A stretch of 64,000 nt of DNA, taken from the NCBI GenBank assembly GCA_002726235.1, contig PBSN01000008.1, forward strand, positions 2,088-66,087. The letters are read 5' to 3'. This DNA is from Nitrospiraceae bacterium (GTDB lineage Bacteria > Nitrospirota > Nitrospiria > Nitrospirales > UBA2166). A model generated the notes under the pieces. The model saw nothing but the letters and a program-made list of their open reading frames with translations, did no database searches and was not told the origin of the DNA. A program made the position numbers and the translations under genes. Below, piece after piece: positions 58,928 through 64,000 of this stretch. Numbering within the stretch: the stretch's first letter is position 1; every line of letters begins with the position of its first letter.

Positions 58928-59680
58928 GTGATATTGGAGGCAAATGAGCGTCGGGAACGGTATATCAGAGACGCCTTGGCACAAACCGTTGATGCGATTG
59001 CTGTGGCTGCGGGAAAGGTTGGACGGGATCCAACTTCAGTGCGTCTTATTGCTGCGACAAAAACTCTTTCCGTTCAACACCTGGTGATGGCCATCAATGC
59101 TGGCCTGAGAATATTTGGAGAAAATCGAGTACAAGAGGGGTTGGTGAAAATGCATGCACTGACCGCAAGGGATTTGCCGGAACAATTCTTCGCAAATCTC
59201 TCATGGCATATGATTGGACATCTCCAGAAAAACAAGGTCAAGTCCGTGGTTGGAAATTTTGATCTCATTCATTCCGTTGATAGTCTTGCGCTGGCTCAGG
59301 CCATTGATGATCGTGCACGATCAGTGGAGACATCGCAGCAGATATTGCTCCAAGTCAATGTGTCAGGTGAGTCGAGTAAGTATGGTCTGTCTCCTACTGT
59401 CGTCCGGTCAACTGTTCATGAGATCGCCTCCATGAAGCATGTGCATCTACGTGGACTGATGACCATTCCCCCTTTTGCAGGGACCGAGAAACAGACACGA
59501 GCAATATTTCGTCGACTCCGATCTCTTGCGACGGAAATAGAAAGTGAAGCAATTGATGGTGTGGAATTGACTGAACTGTCCATGGGAATGTCAGACGATT
59601 ACGAAATAGCGATCGAGGAAGGTGCGACGATGGTGAGAATTGGTCGTGGGATTTTCGGAGAGAGAAAGGTAGTGTCTTGA
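58928..59680 (+). CDS. yggS: PLP-binding homeostasis protein YggS/YlmE family
   Basis: LIAATKT (PLP Lys), FGENRVQE, WHMIGHLQKNK and LSMGMSDDYE motifs. GTG start. Confidence 0.9.
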   Translation: MILEANERRERYIRDALAQTVDAIAVAAGKVGRDPTSVRLIAATKTLSVQHLVMAINAGLRIFGENRVQEGLVKMHALTARDLPEQFFANLSWHMIGHLQKNKVKSVVGNFDLIHSVDSLALAQAIDDRARSVETSQQILLQVNVSGESSKYGLSPTVVRSTVHEIASMKHVHLRGLMTIPPFAGTEKQTRAIFRRLRSLATEIESEAIDGVELTELSMGMSDDYEIAIEEGATMVRIGRGIFGERKVVS

Positions 59681-60501
59681 GCAAGGTATCCGCAAAGAAA
59701 AATATTGCGATTATTGGTTGTGGGGCGATGGGAGAGGCGCTGATCGCTGGCATTGTCGCTGCTGGAAACGTTGAGCTAGATTCAATATTTGCTTCGGATA
59801 CCTTGGTGGAGCGAGTCGAGGTGATTGGTAGGCAGTATGGGGTTCGGATCGGTACAGACAACATTAAAGCTGCAGCCTTTGCCGATGTTGTGGTGCTTGC
59901 CGTCAAGCCTGGCCTCATTAATAATGTGCTTGCTCAGATTCGGGAAACTCTCACTGAGAACACGCTTGTGATCTCAGTGGCCGCTGGTGTTACCATTGGC
60001 CAACTTCTGAATGGATTACCGACAGGTGCTAAAATTGTCCGAGTCATGCCCAACATGCCTGCGCTTGTACGAGAAGGTATGTCTGTACTTGTTGGCGGCC
60101 CTGGTGTCCATGATCGTGACCTTGATATTGCGCAAGGAATATTTCGTGCTGTCGGTAAAACCCTTGTTGTCGAGGAGCACATGATTGATGCGGTGACAGG
60201 TGTGAGTGGAAGTGGTCCGGCATATGTACTGCTTTTGATTGAGGCGCTTGCAGATGGTGGTGTGAGAATGGGGTTGCCGCGTGACATTGCCATCACTCTT
60301 GCAACCCAGACCGTGAGAGGAACTGCGCATTTACAGCATCAGACGGGAGAACATCCAGCTCGCCTCAAGGATCGTATTACCTCCCCTGGTGGTACTACCA
60401 GCGCCGCTGTACATGTGCTCGAAAAGGGAGGCTTTCGTGGATTGGTAAGTGCGGCAGTGGAGATGGCGACAAAACGGGCAACGGAGTTACGAAGCGAATG
60501 A
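59677..60501 (+). CDS. proC: Pyrroline-5-carboxylate reductase
   Basis: IAIIGCGAMGEA Rossmann motif, RVMPN, and SPGGTT near the C-terminus. TTG start overlaps the yggS stop. Confidence 0.92.
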   Translation: MSKVSAKKNIAIIGCGAMGEALIAGIVAAGNVELDSIFASDTLVERVEVIGRQYGVRIGTDNIKAAAFADVVVLAVKPGLINNVLAQIRETLTENTLVISVAAGVTIGQLLNGLPTGAKIVRVMPNMPALVREGMSVLVGGPGVHDRDLDIAQGIFRAVGKTLVVEEHMIDAVTGVSGSGPAYVLLLIEALADGGVRMGLPRDIAITLATQTVRGTAHLQHQTGEHPARLKDRITSPGGTTSAAVHVLEKGGFRGLVSAAVEMATKRATELRSE

Positions 60502-60785
60502 CCGTCGCTGAGAACATGACAGTGTTGGTGGCACGGTTGCTGGATCTCGCACTCAATGTGTATATGTGGGTCATCATTGTGCGAGCGCTTATTTCTTGGG
60601 TGAATCCGGATCCCTATAACCCAATTGTGCAGTTTCTTCATCGAGTAACTGAACCCGTGCTCGGACCAATCAGGCGGTGGTTATGGGGTTTAATTCCGGC
60701 AATGAGATTTGGTATGGATCTGTCGCCACTGGTAGTTATTATGATGATCATTTTTCTTCAATCATTGCTTATATCATTCAGATAG
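60498..60785 (+). CDS. yggT: YggT/YlmG-family membrane protein
   Basis: 95 aa with two hydrophobic segments and VRALISWV ... NP motifs typical of YggT. ATGA overlap with proC. Confidence 0.85.
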   Translation: MTVAENMTVLVARLLDLALNVYMWVIIVRALISWVNPDPYNPIVQFLHRVTEPVLGPIRRWLWGLIPAMRFGMDLSPLVVIMMIIFLQSLLISFR

Positions 60786-60797
60786 GAGGGGATTATA

Positions 60798-61316
60798 ATG
60801 AAACTTACCCCATTAGACATTCAGCAGATGAGGTTTTCGACACGTCTTCGCGGATACGATCGAGATGAGGTCGATCACTTTTTGGAAGTTGTGACGAGTG
60901 CATATGAAGAGATACTCAAGGGTCATCAAGCTCTTCAAGATCAGGTTTCTGGTGTGGAGCAGCAGTTGTCGGAGTGGCATCGAAAGGAAGAGACGATCAG
61001 TCAAGCCGTCCTTGCAACCCAAGATGTTGTTAATGATCTGAAGCAGAACGCGTGTCGAGAGGCTGAGATTATTGTCCAAGAGGCGGAATTGCGTGCCGAG
61101 ACACTAGTTCGTGATGCTCAGGCTCAGGTTGTTAGGATGGAGGGAGAGCTAGTTTCTCTTCGAAAACAGCGCTTGATTGCGATCGAGAAAATTCGAGGAG
61201 TCATGCAAATGTTCAAAATTGTTCTCGATACGGAAGATGAGGAAGGGGTAGCAGGCCATATAGAAAATGGTACGCAGCGTGAATTACAAAGTGCCTCGCA
61301 TTTTCACGCGGGATAA
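60798..61316 (+). CDS. divIVA: DivIVA-domain protein
   Basis: The N-terminus LTPLDIQQMRFSTRLRGYDRDEVDHFLE is the DivIVA lipid-binding domain signature. A coiled coil follows. Confidence 0.88.
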   Translation: MKLTPLDIQQMRFSTRLRGYDRDEVDHFLEVVTSAYEEILKGHQALQDQVSGVEQQLSEWHRKEETISQAVLATQDVVNDLKQNACREAEIIVQEAELRAETLVRDAQAQVVRMEGELVSLRKQRLIAIEKIRGVMQMFKIVLDTEDEEGVAGHIENGTQRELQSASHFHAG

Positions 61317-61334
61317 GAACCCGCTACGATATAA

Positions 61335-61555
61335 CATGAACAAATTGGCGAGATGATTGTGGAGTAAACGAAGGAGCAAAAAGAACGTATACCGGGAATA
61401 TGTAAGCGATGAGCAACGCAGGCGTAGAAAAAGGTTTGGCCATTTGAGGAGGCCTTTGGCGAGTGACGTTGTTGTGCCTCGATCTCATAGTTTTTGCTAT
61501 GGACTTTCGTTGTACCCTGCCGTAGTCTCAAACCTGGCCTCCCAATTTGTCCATG
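61335..61555. ncRNA. Candidate structured RNA (long irregular hairpin of about 220 nt) in the divIVA-yggU gap
   Basis: Three collinear helices found by hand. H1 pairs 61335-61348 with 61542-61555 (13 bp plus one A-C mismatch). H2 pairs 61367-61374 with 61504-61511 (8 bp including one G-U). H3 pairs 61375-61382 with 61491-61498 (8 bp). I recognise no family motif, and the ORFs in the gap look non-coding. Confidence 0.25.
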
Positions 61556-61575
61556 CTATTGCGTGACGAGTCCTA

Positions 61576-61866
61576 ATGGGAAGGCCCTTGGTTGCAACGT
61601 CACAGAACTCTACCATTGTGACGGTCCGTGTCCTCCCTCGGTCGTCTCATGACAAAATCTGTGGAGTCGTTGATGGAATTATTCGGTTGCGCGTGTCGGC
61701 CCCGCCTGTAGATGGGAAAGCCAATGCACGCTGTATCACTCTGCTTTCCAAGGAACTTGGAATTCCTGTCTCTGCCGTTCAGATTATGCGTGGGGAACGT
61801 TCTCGTGTGAAACTTCTTCGTATCCAAGGGATGAGTGAGCACGAAATTTTTACGAAACTTGAGTAA
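61576..61866 (+). CDS. yggU: DUF167 / YggU-family protein
   Basis: 96 aa with the V.P.S....I.G.....L.V.V.APP.DGKAN pattern and ELGIPVSAVQIMRGERSRVK, which matches UPF0235/YggU as recalled. Confidence 0.85.
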   Translation: MGRPLVATSQNSTIVTVRVLPRSSHDKICGVVDGIIRLRVSAPPVDGKANARCITLLSKELGIPVSAVQIMRGERSRVKLLRIQGMSEHEIFTKLE

Positions 61867-61893
61867 CGTTTCCCCCATCGCCCTCTTTAATAC

Positions 61894-63018
61894 ATGATGT
61901 CAGCGGATCCAATTGACCTTAGGATGGATCGAGCGGTCACCGACGGTGTGTTTCCAGGTGGAGTGTTGCTCGTTGAGTTCAAAGGAGAGACCGTACACCA
62001 TGCCGCGTACGGTTTCGCATCTTGTGTTCCTACGCAATTGCCGACAACTATCACTACGATTTATGATCTTGCCTCGCTAACCAAACCACTTGCGACAACA
62101 CTTGCAGTGATGTTGCTGGTTCAGGATCAAGCCCTCATTCTCGATAGGCCCATCTGCCAATATTTACCTCAGTTAAACAATATGGGAGTTGGCCAAGCAA
62201 CTCCACGTCACCTTCTGTCTCATTCAGCCGGATTCCCCGCATGGAAGTCGTACTATCTCGAATGGGACAAAGAGAAGCTATCCACAACATCCCAGGTGGA
62301 CTGGCTTGAAAATCGGCAGAGAATCTATGATCGTATCCATCGTGAAAAACTGGAGTATCCTATTGGAGCTGGGACAACATATAGTGATCTTGGTTTTATA
62401 CTGCTGACTGAACTCGTGGAAACCATCTCCAGAAAGAATTTTGGAGAATTCTGCCTTTCTCGGATTTTTAACCCTCTTGCTACAGTAAATACGTTTTTTG
62501 TTGCACCGACAGGTCCGGTCTGTTCACTCCCCGCAAAGGATCGTGTCTATGCTGCGACTGAAGATGATCAGTGGAGAGGGAGAGTACTCTTTGGAGAAGT
62601 ACATGATGAGAATGCTTATGTGCTTGGGGGCATCGCTGGTCATGCAGGGCTGTTCAGTACAGCGAGTGACGTGCTCAACATTGTTCGGGAGTATGGTGCG
62701 GCGGTTAGAGGGGAGGGACGGATCCTACGTGCTGATCTCGCACGCCTGTGTATCACTCGGCAGAAGCAGGTTTTGGATTCGACCCGTGCGCTTGGTTGGG
62801 ATACCCCTTCGGACGTTTCCTCAAGTGGCCGATATTTCTCTGATCAGTCATTTGGTCATCTTGGATTCACTGGAACGTCAATCTGGGTAGATCCAATCAT
62901 GGATCTGATTGTCGTGTTGTTAACCAATCGTGTCCATCCCAGCCGAGCCAATGAGCGGATTAGGGAATTCAGACCGTTGCTTCACGACCTGATTTATGAG
63001 TGGTGTGCCAAGCTTTGA
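61894..63018 (+). CDS. Serine hydrolase, beta-lactamase (class C / PBP4*-like) family
   Basis: SxxK motif (ASLTKPLAT), YSD(L) in the position of YxN, and HLGFTGTS (KTG-like). 374 aa. Confidence 0.85.
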   Translation: MMSADPIDLRMDRAVTDGVFPGGVLLVEFKGETVHHAAYGFASCVPTQLPTTITTIYDLASLTKPLATTLAVMLLVQDQALILDRPICQYLPQLNNMGVGQATPRHLLSHSAGFPAWKSYYLEWDKEKLSTTSQVDWLENRQRIYDRIHREKLEYPIGAGTTYSDLGFILLTELVETISRKNFGEFCLSRIFNPLATVNTFFVAPTGPVCSLPAKDRVYAATEDDQWRGRVLFGEVHDENAYVLGGIAGHAGLFSTASDVLNIVREYGAAVRGEGRILRADLARLCITRQKQVLDSTRALGWDTPSDVSSSGRYFSDQSFGHLGFTGTSIWVDPIMDLIVVLLTNRVHPSRANERIREFRPLLHDLIYEWCAKL

Positions 63019-64000
63019 TGGCTTTCTCGATCTTCGGAATAAAATCAGTCGGATCGTAAACGGGAGAAGCTAGTTGAAAGCCAGCTGCATTAGGGTGTCC
63101 TCCACCTCCTAGAAATGTAGCGATGCTTGCGAGATTGATTTCGCACGCATTTGATTTGCGAAGACTATAACGACCATCAGACTCACTAAATAGAACGACA
63201 ATACTGTTATGAATCGATGCTCGGAGTGCATTGCCAACCTGACTTGCGTACTTGTTGCATCTAGCATAGATGATCGTCAGATCTAAAGCTTCCATGACAT
63301 GTTGTTGTTTCGAACTCATAGCGAGAGAAAGGCTTGCTTGTAATTCCGTCTTCGCTTCGTCGTAGGCGCGTGTGAGTGTTGGTGTAAACGTCGCATCTGC
63401 ATCAATGTCAAGCAGTGTTTGATAGCCATCAAGTCCATTTCCTTGGCGCGCCAGTTGTTCGATAGCGAGGGCAAGCCGCATCGATTTCTCATCTTGGCCA
63501 TTGTGGAGCCAGCGATCGTGTTCATCAGCAAGCATGACGATATTCTGAAGACTGGATAACCATGCGGCTGCGTCTGGTGATGTTGGGGGTTGATCGAGGA
63601 GAAAATCAAACAGGAGCCGTGATGCGGCATATGTCGAACTGATGACATATCCTGTTAGGTGAATATCGCGAATCTCTGACTTTGGCTTTTCAATAGCATT
63701 TCTGTGATGATCAATCCAGAATACTCTCCATCCATTTTCTATCAGTTGCCGAAGATGCTTATCTGTGGCGCGATGTTTCCAGGCCATATCGGTGATCCAA
63801 AGATCGTGAGGATCAGGAGTTGTGGCGATCATCGTTTCGATGACTGAGTCGAGTTGTGAAGGATGTGTAAACTGAGGGATAATCGTGCGCGTACCGTAAT
63901 ACCTGGCCACAGCGACTGCACAGGTCGTCCCATCAAAGCAGCCTGGGCCGTGTGATAAGAGAATAGGTAGTCTGTCAGGTTCCGGATTTGTTTTTGTCGC
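62969..64000 (-). CDS. DHH/DHHA1-family phosphoesterase (NrnA-like); the 5' end probably lies beyond the right window edge
   Basis: DHH motif (FWIDHHRNA) and DHHA1 motif (GGGGHPNAAGF). The reverse frame stays open from the track GTG (63910) to base 64000. That stretch encodes ...LPILLSHGPGCFDGTTCAVAVARYYG, which looks like DHH motif I/II, so the true start is upstream of 63910. Confidence 0.85.
   Translation of the reverse strand, partial: ATKTNPEPDRLPILLSHGPGCFDGTTCAVAVARYYGTRTIIPQFTHPSQLDSVIETMIATTPDPHDLWITDMAWKHRATDKHLRQLIENGWRVFWIDHHRNAIEKPKSEIRDIHLTGYVISSTYAASRLLFDFLLDQPPTSPDAAAWLSSLQNIVMLADEHDRWLHNGQDEKSMRLALAIEQLARQGNGLDGYQTLLDIDADATFTPTLTRAYDEAKTELQASLSLAMSSKQQHVMEALDLTIIYARCNKYASQVGNALRASIHNSIVVLFSESDGRYSLRKSNACEINLASIATFLGGGGHPNAAGFQLASPVYDPTDFIPKIEKAIKAWHTTHKSGREATV

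Noticed and set aside
59394-59918. 174-aa minus-strand ORF
   Set aside because: It is antisense to the yggS/proC junction, and the translation looks like a shadow frame.
61304-61566. Two small ORFs in the divIVA-yggU gap (69 aa plus strand, TTG start, highly basic; 75 aa minus strand)
   Set aside because: Neither has an SD or a recognisable family, and their composition is atypical. The region is better explained as non-coding, possibly structured RNA, though that also remains unproven.
1-64000. Scanned for CRISPR arrays, IS elements/transposases, integrases, toxin-antitoxin pairs, restriction-modification genes or other defence genes
   Set aside because: No regularly spaced direct repeats and no ORF with transposase, integrase, nuclease-defence or TA-like motifs were seen. 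Every long ORF is accounted for by housekeeping families or by the features listed.

Overview
This is a dense, mostly ordinary core-genome window from a mid-GC bacterium. I call about 58 protein genes and one tRNA, and saw no rRNA, CRISPR, IS element, integrase or prophage. The combination of Pup, a diderm-type dcw cluster and a membrane H+-PPase suggests a Nitrospirota or Leptospirillum-like lineage, but that is only a guess.

Layout:
- 1-13.7 kb is one long minus-strand gene train: rho, rpmE, prfA, murA, hisG, hisD, hisB, hisH, a lipoprotein, hisA, hisF, hisIE, HIT, dnaG and rpoD (partial at the window edge). Many junctions have 4-8 nt overlaps.
- 14-29 kb on the plus strand holds uvrC, an SDR epimerase, a divergent ychF, pyrR-pyrB-pyrC-sppA-M48 peptidase, and argS-tgt-yajC-secD-secF.
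- 29.2-34.3 kb is the only accessory-looking stretch. It has a 923-bp ORF-poor gap, a near-consensus promoter, a 1015-aa secreted protein with 14 Kelch-like blades, a small Mo-oxidoreductase and tRNA-Cys.
- 34.6-64 kb holds hppA, an isolated pup, recJ, rel and a small secreted ORF. A complete dcw cluster (rsmH to ftsZ) follows, with no mraZ. After it come yggS-proC-yggT-divIVA, a 260-nt gap, yggU, a serine hydrolase and a convergent DHH phosphoesterase (partial at the window edge).

I found no clear novel multi-gene system. The observations most worth a second look are:
- the orphan pup beside recJ;
- MraZ-operator-like repeats at a dcw promoter that has no mraZ;
- the double-propeller surface protein with its unusual upstream region;
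- a lipoprotein gene embedded in the his operon;
- a YchF with a degenerate P-loop;
- a candidate structured RNA between divIVA and yggU.

All calls rest on reading the sequence and ORF translations and on recalled family motifs. No database search was run, and start codons are inferred.
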